Below, in pieces: positions 36,031-49,914 of a stretch of 64,000 nt of DNA. The notes beneath the pieces are model-generated. The model saw only the letters and a list, made by a program, of their open reading frames with translations. It was not told the DNA's origin and made no database searches. The DNA is taken from positions 8,310,001 to 8,374,000 of the forward strand of contig NC_087438.1 in the NCBI RefSeq assembly GCF_036321535.1, read 5' to 3'. The translations under genes and the position numbers were made by a program. How positions within the stretch are numbered: position 1 is the stretch's first letter; each line of letters starts with the position of its first letter. Source of the stretch: Camelus dromedarius. Taxonomy: Eukaryota.

Positions 36031-38007
36031 GTAAAACCTCATGTCCTCATACCCCTTTCATTTCTACTGACGTACGTGCCACTTCTAGGTATTCACCAAG
36101 CCTAGACTGTAAAGGAACGTCACCAAAGATAGAGACACAGAGCTGTAAACTTAATCCTGTGTATATGAGCATTCCTGATAGAAAACCCCAAATACCAGAG
36201 TGGGCGCTCTGTTCCAGCACGTAAATGGTGTTGACTTTGGACACGAAGAGATGTGATTTTACAAAAGGAACATTTGAAAGTGAATTTTTTTTGTTTGATT
36301 ATAATCCCTATCTTTCAATGTATTATTACTCATGCTTTCTGAGTTGGAAGTTTTTTTTTTTTGTTTTTTTGTTTTTTTTTTTAGTGGGAACAGCCAATCA
36401 TCTTTAAAAAATAGTATTGAACAATTCAGCATTTCTAAAATCTATCTAAATTATTAATGACCTAAATTAGGAGATTTACGCCAAGATACAATAAATCCCA
36501 GCTATGTATTTTCCTATTTTTTCATGGTACACGATATATGGTAAATTTTGAATATAAAGAAAAACTCTTCATAGAAAGCATGGCTTTAAGGTTATATTGC
36601 TTATTAAGACTAACTGCTTCCTATTTCTGAAAACAAAAACAAATATAAAAAACTTTCAGTGTTCCCTAAGGGCCAGTTACCAATCACTTAGCAATACTTT
36701 CCATGTTTAATAGAGTCACAGATTTCCTGTCGTGAGTATGGCATGTTTCTTGAGCCCGCCTTTTCCCTTTTGAACTGAATGATGCTGTCAGTGAGATACA
36801 CGTGGAGTGTGGTACCAGTCTGCTTCTTGGTGACATTTTCTACTAAATGTTTGCCAATGTCAAGATCTCTTCATCAAAATCCATTTTGCTTTGGAGTTGT
36901 TTTTGGTTTAATGTCAAGATGGCATTCATATAGCAATTATCCTGTTTAAAGTCGCCTGTAGAAGTAATGAAATTACAGACTGGCTTGCTTCTTTCCCACA
37001 ACTGTGTAGACATAGGCACGTCTGTGTGTCTATGTCATTTATTGAAGCTTAAACTAAAAAATAATCTTTTTTAAAGTCCTTCTTATTCAAATTTCCTCTG
37101 TCATTTATGAAAGACATAAGCAAGCCCTGATGCTTCCTTCAAAATGATAAGAAAATATCACCAAGACCACCATGGAATCCAGAATCCAGAAGATAAACCA
37201 CCGTGAGGAGTGGAACAGCTAGCCCAGCCTGAGTTCCAATCAGGGCATCCAGAGACAGCATCACTGACATGAGCAGAATTTAATTTATATACATTACTTT
37301 CATCTCTCTGCTTCAGGCAACTTATTGCTTCCAGGTTGAATTAAATACTACATGCACACACTTCCAGAGATAACCGTACGTGAACAGTGCAAAGAATTAG
37401 ACTCTGTTGCCCGTGGATGTCTCTGTTCCCCTATTTTTCACAGTCGGGACAGGGCTTGGATTCAGATTAGACCTGAATCTGTGTTTCTTTAATAGTTAGT
37501 GCGCATCTGTAGCTTAATCACAACTCATCTGTGTACTATAACTTTTGCAACCCCATCTCTTCCTCCGGCTTGCCGACAAAATCCCCATTTCCACTTTATT
37601 AGATGTATCATTGCCTTTAAATCTCTAAATCTAATTCATCTTTGCATCTACAGTGACAAGTCAGACTGTCCATAAAATACAGATGAATTTATGTATAGAA
37701 AAACAATAGGAGTGCCAGTTTAAAAAAGTTTTATTATTTCAATCCAAAATTTAATTTCTTGCTTGATAATGTATCTTTTTCCTATACTGTTGTTTTCAAT
37801 TACTTTGAAGGTACAATTATTCTTCTGATTATTTGCATGCCATTCATATTTTTAGCTAATTTATACTGAATGCCTATTATGCCTATTATGCAACTGTGTT
37901 TAACAGATTAAATATCTTTCATTTATAAAACGTTCATAATAATGTTCAGAAAGGTTAAAAATTGTGCCTGAGGTATGTATTCTGATAAGTCTAAAGAAAC
38001 AAGACTT

Positions 38008-38439
38008 CAGCATTTGTCATTTGTGGACTTTTGAATGATGGCCTTTCTGGCTGGTGTGAGGTGATATGTCATTGTAGTTTTGATTTGCATTTCTCTGATA
38101 ATTAGTGATATTGAGCATTTTTTCATGTGCCTATTGATCATTTGTATGTCTTCCTTGGAGAATTGCTTGTTTAGGTCTTCTGCCCATTTTTGGATTGGGT
38201 TGTTTGTTTTTTTATTAAGTCGTATAAGCTGCTTATATATTCTGGAGATCAAGCCTTTGTCGGTTTTATCATTTGCAAAAATTTTCTCCCATTCCGTAGG
38301 TTTTCTTCTTGTTTTATTTCTGGTTTCCTTCGCTGTGCAGAAGCTTGTAGGTTTCATTAGGTCCCACTTGTTTATTCTTGCTGTTATTTGTATTGCCTTG
38401 GGAGACTGACCTAGGAGAACATTGCTAGGGTTTATGTCA
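38008..38439 (-). mobile_element. Young L1 ORF2 internal fragment, truncated at both ends
   Basis: Uninterrupted frame '[18 protein letters not shown]...EWEKIFAN...[11 protein letters not shown]...FSKEDIQM...[24 protein letters not shown]' is the L1 ORF2 C-terminal region. Confidence 0.95.
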
Positions 38440-38873
38440 TGACTTTTACTTACATGCACCATAAACTTAAACTTAAAAATGGAAACAATTCAGAATATAT
38501 TCTCCATATTTTTCCCTTCCTTTCCCTTGCCTGTGAGTGGTCTGAAAGTAAGCCAATTTGTGGTCCTGGTGGGTTATTTATTATTTATAAATAATAAAAT
38601 ATTCTTTCAATCCTATGTCCAAGAGTCTCTGCTGATCAGAACCTGTATGCACTTTCAACGGAGGTCATGATTTATTTTAAATTTCTGAACTTGTTTCCAT
38701 GACAATAGAGTTAAGATAAACATTCCAAACAGAAGGTGTAAGCATTTGGGTTTAGATGAATATATAAACACGATACATTAAAATATCCCAGTTTCTTACT
38801 GTTACATAAGGAACTGAGAATCTCTGATTCACTTACTTATCTCAGAGTCTTAACCCCTCACCATTAACTACTG

Positions 38874-38887
38874 GTGCCATCTGTTGG
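38874..38887 (-). promoter_or_regulatory. Candidate CTCF motif
   Basis: CCAACAGATGGCAC has one mismatch to CCASYAGRKGGCRS. Confidence 0.35.
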
Positions 38888-39312
38888 TACTCAAGGAACG
38901 GGCATCCAGTTGGAAGGTATCTGGATATTTCCCCAAAGAAAATCCACAAGTTGTCTTATTATTTGAATTCTGAAGCTATCATCGTACTCTGTGTCTGCGT
39001 TTTTCACATTTCTATACTGTCTTACAAGGCATGACTCATTTCCTGTTAGTGCCTCTATTTGGTGAGACAGCTCATTTCTAGTTTATACGAAGAATTTGAG
39101 GCCAAACACTATGCTTCAAATATGCTTTCAAAAATATTAAAGAAAATGAATTAGATGCATTGTAATATCGGCAAAAAGAAAATGTTAATCAAGGTTTTTT
39201 TGCATTTCTAGATGTAAAAAATTTCCTACACCTTAAATTAAAATTTTGAAAATAGTAGCTTCTATCATAACTGTTGTGATTCTTCCCAAGAGTGGTAGGT
39301 ATCATAGGGATA

Positions 39313-39814
39313 TGTTTTATTTTCTGGTAATTCTGGTGCTTTGACACCCCGGGACTTGCTGACCCTGGAGAGACTGCCCTCCCAGGGATAGCCAGTCCCA
39401 GAGACAGAAAATGACCCTCCAGGACCACGCCTTTCACAAGCAAACAGACCAATGCAGAGCCCAGCCCCTCACCACCTCCTCCCTCAGGCTCTTGCCCTCA
39501 GAGCCAAAGTTCCCTTGCCTCAGTCACCCCAGGGCCAGGAACCAGACAATAGGGGCAGCCCCATCACCCAGAACCCCTGATATTACTGTAGAAGCCAGCC
39601 ACTCCTCCGCCCGCTGGCCCTGCCCCACCTGGTGAGGCCCTTGCCCACATTTACCCCCGTCCTCCCTCTGCCTCCTCAGAGACCCTGGCCATTCCCTGGA
39701 AGGCCCCTCACCGTGTGACACATCCCTGCCTCTCTGGAACTGTGACTTTTCAATGACAGCCATCTCCTAATCTGTTGATAACCTGAATAATTAGAAAACT
39801 TCCATTTTAAAACG
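39313..39814 (+). mobile_element. ERVL solo LTR (MER74A-like)
   Basis: 'ttgctgaccctggagagactgccctcccagggatagcca...caccccagggccaggaaccagacaa...acctgaataatt...cattttaaaac'. Confidence 0.8.
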
Positions 39815-42800
39815 ATACATCACTGGGCCCAGGTCTTACTCTCTGTGTCTCTGTCACCTGTGAATCCCCGCCCCCCTATATCTGGAGCCTGGAATTCTTC
39901 CAGGTTCCAGACGACACTCAGCCCAGTGGCTTTGATATGCACTCCAGCACCTCCTAATGCCAAATGCCTGCATGGTCCATCTGGTGCTCAGGGCACACCA
40001 AGCCCAGGAGGGCCCGGATGAGCTGCTTATGGCTACAGAAAACAGAACCTATTAACCAACATTCGGTCTGCTTGACACCGTCTCGTGCCAGAGATGAAGG
40101 CCAGCTCTAAGTCGTGGTTCAGTGCTATTCATCCAGCCACCCCAGGAGTTCTGGGATGAGTGCCTGCCTGTGGGTAGATGTACACACGTTCATGTACACC
40201 TGTGTAGACTTGCATGTATCTTTCTAAAATAATTCTACTGTATATAAACAATGAAAAATTAATGTTAAGGAAACTATGAAAAGTAAGTATCAGATTTTGG
40301 AATACCATATTTGCATTTCTTAGAAAATAACGTACTACGTGTGTATGTATATGTATAGACACGCATTGGCAGGTAGTTACTGATAATTATATTTTGGCAA
40401 TGGAAAAAATCTGTTAAAAATAAATTTCCCATTGATTATATTAATCATTACGTTTTGTTTGTACTATAAGGTTTGAATTATAATTCAAATGTAAATATTT
40501 TATCTTCCAATAGCCTGCTTGCAGATTTCACAACTGAGAATTAATGTGGCGCTTGTTCCAGATTTTCATTTATATTTTTAGAGATTATCACTAGATAATA
40601 GCAGATTTTCTTGAACCAAGAATTTATGTTATTTTTTTTTGAGAAAAAAAAATCTGTGCAAACAGCATCCATGTATAGTTTATATGAACATGCTTACATA
40701 ATGCACAAGCATGACACATATCTTTCAAACACAACGTGGTATGGCTTATTTTATTCAGATGTGTAGGGAGAACATGGTAAAAAGTCCGACTCAGAACAGG
40801 AAGCAGCTTTAGCATTAATGTTAGGGAAAGACTCTACTAAAATTGTTCTGTGCTGTTTCCCAACCCCCAGGGACCCAGGCTATTCCCTATATTAAAGATT
40901 GCTTCATTAAATATATGAAAGTTTGCCTGCTGTAGTTGGCTTGTTCTGTAAGCTGCCTTTAATCACCTTTCCTTCTCTTATCCCAAAGCCTCTGTGCCTT
41001 GTATATGTAATCTACAGACAAAAATAGACTATTTTAAAAGTGAAATAGTCATCATTATTTCAAAATAAAACTAAATTCAAAGTCCTCAAATGGATCCTTT
41101 AAAATCCAATAGCATCTAAATATGAGTAACTGGGTCCCGTATACTGGGTTTAAATTATAACACTCACTTAGAGAAAAAAATAAAATCCTTGTGCCTTCTT
41201 GCAGATTTACTGATAATTATCTACCATAAAACTCTGGTTAACGGATCATGAACTTGCCCCTCTAACTCTCAATATACTTTAAAATGATGATTTCATATAG
41301 AAATTTATACAGAATACATTCTACTTTCCAAGTGAAGATTTACTTTAAATGATCAAAAATTAGATGAACCTACTTTCTTACCAACATAAAACACAATGAA
41401 TATACTACGCACTGGGGATAAAAGACTAGCCAGCTTAATATCAAACACCAACAGAAAGCAAATACATCTAAAGAATTTCGGAGTAAACACAATAATAATA
41501 ATATAAGATGATTCCAACTGTTTTCTTGAAAAGAGACCTTGTCAATAAACAGAGATCTCAGTTATATTCATACTGGCTCCTGAAATGAACAGTTTTAGTC
41601 GATTTTGGTTTAGTCCAACCATCCGAAATGGTACAATTGATTGGATTGATCATGCAGTTAAAATGGCTAAGATGGTAACACTGACTGCGGTTCTGTCCAG
41701 CGCTTTCTAGAAAAACGTGGCCTTGACAGTGGCAATACTATCACCACAAAAGCAGAGCCCTGAAAGCTTTCCCACACTCAGACAACCGTATCTTCTTAAG
41801 CATTCCTTTATATCCCGTCTACTCCAAAAAGGAATTGAGACAGTTAAGGAGCTGAGATCAAGGAGAAAAAGATCTAGGGGAAAAAAAAAGAACACACTAG
41901 CAAATAATATTTGTATCTTTCGCATTTACTTCAGAATGATTGAAATGGCCATTCTACTCCAAAATATGTAAGATTTTCACTTCTTAAAATCTGTTTTTTC
42001 ATTGTTGATATTTTCCATCTACTGTGACTATGTCCTTCAAAGTAACATTAACGAAATGACAGGCTGATTTTTGGCACCATAAGGAGAATATTTCCTGGCA
42101 AACTGCTCCCACTGAATGAGAATGAGAAACTTAAATTACCCTGTTGGTCCCTGAAAATTTTCCAGTGTAAATATTCCTTCCTCCAGGCAGTGTGTGGGAC
42201 TTTTAACCTCCAGGCAGACTGCTCTTTCTTTTACAGGAAAAAATGCCAAATCAGGAGAAGGATGCATTTGGGAACTTGCAATGGATTATTTTTGTTTCTT
42301 GATAAGCTGGTAAAGAAGTGAAAAGTAAGGACACCCAACCCTTTGTGCATTGAGTGTTTACTGTGTGTTAGATTCAGAGCCAGAGGCTTTAAGGTAAGAT
42401 TTCATGGAGCCTCAGAGAAGGTCTACAGTTCTTCTTTTTTACACACAAAGATGGTGCAGTTCAGCAACTGTACATGTCTTCATTTCTAATCCATTAATTA
42501 ATATCTAATAAACCTCTACAAGGTATCTGGCACACCTCTGTGGTGATACAGACCAAGAAAGACAGAAATGGTCCCTCCCTGCCTTCTCTTTCACTGGAAG
42601 AGACAGAGAATAAGAGTTAAATACAGATTTAGAATTACACATTTGAGTCACTGCATGGAGGAATTCATTAAGTCACAAGGATCTTTTAAAGAGTTTGCAT
42701 TTGAACTTGGATTTAAAAGAGAAGGGGGAAATCACTAGCCTAGAACTGGATGAGTTCTCATGGTGCAAAATTGTGTTTACTCTTGCATGTGTGTTTCTGT

Positions 42801-42959
42801 GTGTCTGTGTCTGTGTGTGTACAGGGATAATCAAGAGGAGAATATAATATGAATCAGATTCAGGTATGAATTCAAACAAACATAACAAACAGAAAATCTT
42901 GACAGTCAGGAGAGTGAAAGAAAATATATTAAGCAGTAATAAAAAGTGTATATATTTGG

Positions 42960-43505
42960 TATACAATAGCCAAGACATGGAAGCAATCTAAATGTCCATC
43001 GACAGATAACTGGATAAATAAGTTGTGGTACACTTATACAATGGAATACTACTCAGCCATAAAAAAGAATAAAATAATGCCATTTGCAGCAACATGGATG
43101 GACCTAGAGATTGTCATTCTAAATGAAATAGGCCAGAAAGAGAAAGAAAAATACCATATATCACTTATATGTGGAATCTAAAAAAAAGAGAATAAAAGGA
43201 TACTATGAACTCATCTACAAAACAGAAACAGATTTGCAGACATAGTAAACAATCTTACAGTTACCAAGGAAAGGTGGTGGGTAGGGATAAATTTGGGAGT
43301 TTGAGATTTGCAAATGTTAGCTACTATACATAAAAATAGATTTAAAAAAAGACAAATTTCTTCTCTATAGTACAGGGAACTATATTCAATATCTTGTAAT
43401 AACCTTTAATGAAAATGAATACATGTATGTATATGCATGACTGGGACATTGCGCTGTACACCAGAAATTGACACATTGTCACTGACTACACTTCAATTTT
43501 TTTTT
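42960..43505 (+). mobile_element. 5'-truncated L1 3' end
   Basis: 'caatagccaagacatggaagcaatctaaatgtccatcgacaga...gcagcaacatggatggacctagag...ctgactacacttcaa' with a T-rich tail. TSD aagtgtatatat at 42944-42955 and 43506-43517. Confidence 0.92.
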
Positions 43506-43968
43506 AAGTGTATATATACATTTGGAATAAAATCTTATGAAAATTAGGTAAGAATGGTTGGAGCATACTATGTTAGCAATTCTTAGGAGAAGAAAAGAGA
43601 TTATGCCTTGACCAAGACTGAACACTCAGAAATACAAGAACTCTCAGGCCAACTCCTTAATTCTAAAGAAGTAGCTCACATGGAATGGCTTGTTGGCAGG
43701 AAAGAGGTACAAACACGAAATCTATCTCTACAGATGAGTAAAAATACTGAACAACATTACATAAGACAACATGGAACTCCTTGTAATACTGACAATCCTG
43801 TCATTTTATTCACTGACAAAATATATTGTGTAGGTTGTATTTTGTTAAGGAGATTTAATTTCAGATGCAACTTTGTTGAATGTAATTTCAAATATAAAAT
43901 TAAAAAGAGACATAAGAAATGGAGTAATAATGCTCAGAAAAATTTATATTTATTAAGACTAATTTTTA

Positions 43969-44192
43969 GGGGGGTGGGAAGGGATAGACTGGGATTTCAA
44001 AATTATAGAATAGATAAGCAAGATTATACTGTATAGCACAGGGAAATATACACAAAATCTTATGGTAGCTCACAGAGAAAAAAATGTGACAATGAATATA
44101 TATATGTTCATGTATAACTGAAAAATTGTGCTCTACACTGGAATTTGACACAACATTGTAAAATGATTATAAATCAATAAAAAATGTTAAAA
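43969..44192 (+). mobile_element. Short young L1 3' end
   Basis: 'tatactgtatagcacagggaaatata...cacaacattgtaaaatgattataaatcaataaaaaa'. TSD aaga(c/g)taattttta at 43955-43968 and 44193-44206. Confidence 0.92.
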
Positions 44193-44819
44193 AAGAGTAA
44201 TTTTTAAAAGTGTTTTCATGATTTTGGTTTAGATGACAATAGAAAAGGAAAATAAAATGATTCTTCTCCAGTTAAGGAAAATTAACAGGAGGAAATTTGC
44301 AATGATAGCTGACTTCTCTCCCCCAATATTGCAGGTGTTTCAAATTTTTACAAAAAAAAAAAAAAATTCCAAAATAAAACTCAGAGATCTAATTACCATG
44401 GCTAAATCTGTAACTGTCAATTGAATATTCATTCAACAGACATCTATTTAGAGTCTACATTCATGCCAGGTGCTGCACTTAAAGGTGCATGTAGTCTACT
44501 AATTTTCTATTTTTAGAAGCAAAATCAAACAAAAAATCCAGCCATAATAACAGCAACAACAAAAAACAAACTACAATTAACTTTAGCAAAATGCATTGAA
44601 AATAGCATACAGATAAACGAGCACATGGCTGAAATCATTACAACATAAAAGGAGATAAAAATATTTAATCAATGACACTTACAAAATGGCTATGAATCAG
44701 TATGTCCTTTGTTTCTTACTTCTAATATTCATAGGAAAGGGATTTTGTCCTCAAAAATTCCACCAACTTTTTTATTAGGATGATTCGGGGAAAATATTTG
44801 TCTAAAGCTTTTATTGGAA

Positions 44820-46105
44820 GGCCACATATTTGTAAATGGTCAATTGATATTCAACAGAGGGTCACTTCAATTCAATGGGAAAAGGATAATGTTTTCAACA
44901 AATGGTGCTGGAACAACTGGGAAACCACATGCAAAAATAAAAAAGGAAAAATAATAAATCTCAGTCCTACCATTGTATCACACCATTAAAAATTAATTAA
45001 ATGAACCATAGAGTTAAATATGGAACCTAAAACTATAAAACTTGTACAGGAAAATACGAGAAAAATTTTGTGACCAAGGGTTAGACAAAGATTTCTTTAT
45101 AATGAACTACACAATAAAATATGCATATATTGGAATTCATCAAAAGTATAAGCTTTTGCTCTTCAAAAGACATTGTTAAAAAATGTAAAGGGGAATCACA
45201 GATTGAAAAAACATATTTGCAAGACACGGATCTGATATAGGACTTGTCTCCAGAATATATGAAGAACTCTTATGCAATCGTAATGATAACACAAACAACT
45301 CAATTTAAAAGATGAGCAAATGATTTGGCTGAGCATTCCAAAAAAAATAAGATATATGGATGATAAATGTATTTACAAAAAGATGCCCAACATATTTCAT
45401 CTCTGGAGAAATGCAAATTAAAATCACATTGAGATACTACAACAATCCTCTAGATTTGCTAAACTGTAAAAGACTGATATATTAAGTGTGGAAGGAGAGC
45501 AGTGGATGCTCCCAAGCTACCAGGGGGGGAGCAAAAGTGGACAGCCACTTGGAAACAGTTTGGTGGTTCCCTAAAACAGACAAACAAACAAACAAGCAAA
45601 CAAACATACTTAACGTATGACCCAGCAGTTCAAACTCTAGGTATCTGCCCAAGACAGCGGAAACATGTCCACACTAAGCCCTGTTCTTGGATGTTCATAC
45701 CGCTTTATTCACAATCACAAAAAAATGGAAATAACTGGTGATTGGATAAACAAATACAAAAGGAAAACTGGTGGGAAAAAAGGGAACATATCATTGATAC
45801 ACTCAATTGTATGGATGAATCTCAAAAGTATCATGCTAACTAAAAGAAATCATACACGAAAGAATAAATATTCTGGGTCTATTTTCACGAAAAGACACAA
45901 CTACAGTGACAGAAGACAGATCAAAGGGTGCCAGGGGTAAGGGGGTGGTGGGAAGGGGCACAGGGAACTTTTCAGGGTGATGGGAAGGTTTCCTATCATG
46001 ACTGTGGTGGTGGTTACATGACTGAATACAGCTGCCAAAGCTCCTCAAATTAGATCCTTAAGATAGTTCGCTTTTATGATTTGTAAATTATACTTCAATA
46101 AATCC
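44820..46105 (+). mobile_element. Ancient L1 (L1MC/ME-type) ORF2 end and 3'UTR
   Basis: 'ttcaatgggaaaaggataatgttttcaacaaatggtgctggaacaactgg' through 'tgtaaattatacttcaataaa'. Confidence 0.85.
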
Positions 46106-46774
46106 AACAAAAACATTTAACAGCATAGATGTTTGCAACAGAGTTTAGAGTCTAGATACAGGTTTAATTTTTTGGACACTAATTCAGACACAGAATTAAT
46201 TTTTTCCACCTTAAAATTACAAGAATATTATTTTTACCCCAAATATATATTCCAGAGGAACGCAGCTGAATACAATTCTAAGTAAAATGCTATCATCTGT
46301 GTGAACATAAGCATGATCATCCATCCTCTTCCAGAATGTATGTTTCCCCTGTGACTATCCTCTGGCCAGTCAGCTACTGCCAAAGAGAGGAAGGCAACGT
46401 GGAAGTTAATGCAGCTTCTTTCAGTAATACAAAACACAAGGGGAAAATATTAGGAAGACGAGGAATCAGGTTCCTTAAGGTAATGAGGCTCAGGTTTATG
46501 GTCCAGCTGTAGCACAGGAGAGATGCGTATGAGTACACTGACCACCTGAAAATCAGTTAGACTCACCCCAACACAGGGTGAAGGTCAGCAGCAAGGTCCC
46601 AGGCCAGGGCATGAAAGGTGGTTTCTGTGATGATGTGGGAGGAGGATCGACAATGAGGATGGTGAGAAGACTGATGAGATAACCTCAGGGATGAGATTTA
46701 AAAAAAAACCTCTACAACAAAAACTTACTAGTCTCTTCAATTAACATCAACTAATTGCATTGGTGTCCATCTCT

Positions 46775-47550
46775 CTTTAATTTTTGCAATTTTTTAAAAC
46801 TGAAGTTTACAGTTTACAATGCTGTGTCAATTTCTGGTGTACAACATAATGTTTCAGTCACACATATACTTGAATACATATATTCATTTTCATATTCCTT
46901 TTCACTACAGGTTACTACAGGATATTGAACATAGTTGCCTGTGCTATACAGTATAAACTTGCTGTTTATCTATTTTATATATAGTAGCTGTTATCTGCAA
47001 TCTTGAGCTCCCAATTTATCCCTCCCACCCCCTCTCCCTGCTGATAAACATAAGTTTGTTTCCTACAATTGTGAGTCTTTTTCTGTTTTGTAGATAAGTT
47101 CATCACTGTCTTCTTTTTTCTTTTTTTAGATTGATGAATGATATCATATGGTATTTTTCTCTCTCTTCCTGACTTACTTCACTTAGAATGATGATCTCCA
47201 GACCCATCCATATTGCTGCAAATGGCATTATTTTATTCTTTTTTATGGCTGACTAGGGTTCCATTGTATAAATGTACCCCAACTTCTTTATCTAGTTATC
47301 TGTCGATGGACATTTAGGTTATTTCTATGTCTTGGCTATTGTAAATAGTGCTGCTATGAACATTGGCGTGCACGTGTCTTTTTGAATTAGAGTTCCCTCC
47401 AGGTGTATGTCCAGGAGTGGGATTGCTGGATCATATGGTTAGTCTGTTTTTAGTTTTTTCCATACTGTTTTCCATAATGGCTGCACCAAACAACATTCCC
47501 ATCAACTGTGTAGGAGGGTTCCTTTTCTCCACACCCTCTCCAGCATTTAG
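46775..47550 (-). mobile_element. 5'-truncated L1 3' end
   Basis: Antisense L1 3'UTR/ORF2 end ('gctgcaaatggcattattttattctttttt...tgtcttggctattgtaaatagtgctgctatgaacatt'). TSD tgtccatctct at 46764-46774 and 47552-47562. Confidence 0.92.
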
Positions 47551-48081
47551 ATGTCCATCTCTTGGCGGGTCTGCTCAAAGACTTGGCATCTCCAGTTTTC
47601 TACCGTTAGAGTTCAAGGTCTTGCCCACGACATCATGAAGGAAGAACTGTCTTCATCTCTGCTGGGGAGGGTCAGTCTGCCTTTCTCCAACTCTCTTCAC
47701 TTGAGGAAGCTTCCACTGCAGCAAGCAACCAACCAGCCCAAGAAACTTGTGAAGTAAGATAAACTGATCCTATCGGAGGATGTTTGCGACCAGCCCACTG
47801 CACTGCGAACGTTATTGGAATCAGATTCAAAATCCTAGATATGATACAAAAGTACCGAGCATTCGGAATGGATCTCACAAATGTCTAATCATGAATCATA
47901 AGTAGACCTTAGACCAGTCCATGGGACGCCCCCTCTGGCCACCTACACCTCAGACCAGTGCTACAAACAACCAGGGGCTTATGGTCATTGGCACATATCA
48001 AGAAGTGAGAACAAATACGAGTGTAAAGCCAAAATCTAGTAGTATAGAACAAGGTGAAGGCAAATAACATCCAGACAAATA

Positions 48082-48114
48082 TTATATATATATATATATA
48101 CACATATATATATA
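48082..48114. repeat. (TA)n microsatellite
   Basis: Seen directly. Confidence 0.9.
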
Positions 48115-49914
48115 TTTTAACTTTAATATTCTACTGACCAATATAGAATGGTATTATCAGCCTCTTTAAAAGACTGAATACAAAGTGATATCAGAAACCT
48201 AACATGAAATAAACCTTGACGCCATAATGCAAATGAAACCCAACTACAATCTAAAACACATTGGTTATGGGGCTGTTCTACTGCCAATGCAGCAAAAGGA
48301 CACTTTTCTTCCATCCAAGTCTTTTGTTACATGTTGATACCAACTTGCCTACCTTCCCCCAAACATTCAGTACTGTTTATCTCTTATTCCACATGATTGC
48401 GTATTTCAGGCTGACTGCTTGTTGCAGCCTCCTGATTATCGCATCTAAAGGTTTTAATTGCATTGTCTTTAAAAGTGAACACTATAGCATGTGTGATATT
48501 TAGTAATTAGGTAAAAACTAAAATATCAGCTTACAGGTAAGCCATTTGCATAATTCATTGAGATTACATAAAACACTATCATATTAGGAATGTACACATT
48601 GCTAATTACAAAATTACATTCCATCAACCATCAGAAATTGAAGAGTCAGAGTATTTAAGACACTTAACATGTTGTTAAGTGGTTGGGTCTTGGAACATGG
48701 TTGCGGTTTTGCTAGACACTCTGACTTTGTCTCTGGTGGCTGCCACTTTAGAGTTACTGTTGTCTCTTTAGGGTAGCAAGGCAGCCAGATGAGCACGACC
48801 TCAGATACAGGAAGCGCTGACACTGCATGTCCCACCCACAAAAATACACTGGCTTGCGCTGTTTATAAAATGAAATATTTGCTCTGGACTATGCATTAAG
48901 CTTTACATGCAAATAGAAAAGTAAAAGCATGGTTAAGTTTCTCTCTCTCTCTCTCTCTCTCTTACATACACACACAAAATACCCATTGGTGTTTTTATCT
49001 AAAAGTCATGCAAAATTGTTCTTCTCCTTATTTGGTGTGCTGGAAGATCTTTCACTATTTCTGTTAAGCCAGGAACCTGTTTTATCCGTTTTTAGCTGCC
49101 AGATAGAGGATAGGTGGTGAATAAAATGTGCATTAATTTGCAGAGGTGTTTGGAAAGCATTTGAAAAATTACTGGTGATCACCAGGCTCCAGAATTGGGT
49201 CACAAAGAGCAAGTGCCATAATGCAGCTCTTTTGTCTTTTTGATGGATGTATTAGCATTGGAAGAACTAGGGAATTTTGGGAAAACAGTGCTTCTGGACT
49301 TAGGCAGCTGAGAAGTCTGTTCATTGTCTCCTGGAGTGCCCTTCTCACTCTCATCATTTCTGATCATTCTTCAAGACCTGTCCAGATGCCGCCAACTCTG
49401 CAAAGCAGACCCTCGCTAATCCAGGTGGAGTCCCCCGCAGCGGTTCAGTAGTTCCTGAGAACAGGTGTTCTCCACTGTGTCGTTTTATCAGGTGTGCACC
49501 TGAGTGCTTTTCATAATTTGTTTTAACACCAGCCTCCCCAACTAGAACGTGATCCAGAATAGAAGGTTTGGCCCACATTAAGGTATCAAAAGATATTTGT
49601 AGACAGCTGTAGCTGAATTCTCTATACAAAATTTTTTTTAGTTTACTATGGTCACAGTAGATACAGGCTGATACTTAACACCTACATGGAAATGATATCT
49701 ACTATTTCAAATGACAGGGAGTTACCTTACAGCATCCAACTGACTTTCTTATTAACTTGTGACTTGGCTCAGGATAGCAATTAAATTCTAAAAGATGAAA
49801 TTTAATCACGATAAATGAAAAAGTCCTAATTTCAGGGTAAAATATTTTATGGTCCAGGATCAAGATACTGAAGCTTAATATCATAACATGCATAGAATTC
49901 TACAAATTAGTGGG

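Noticed and set aside
38007..38462. Longest ORF (151 aa) as a host gene
   Set aside because: It is L1 ORF2 C-terminal sequence, and its start codon lies outside the L1 homology
38008..47550. The L1 pieces at 38.0 kb and 46.8-47.5 kb meet at the same consensus position (cagcattt), as if one element had been split
   Set aside because: Their order is reversed relative to the consensus and the 46.8-kb copy has its own TSD, so this is probably coincidence
47925..47941. CTCF-like 'cgccccctctggcc'
   Set aside because: The spacing is one base off the CTCF core, so the 5' half does not match
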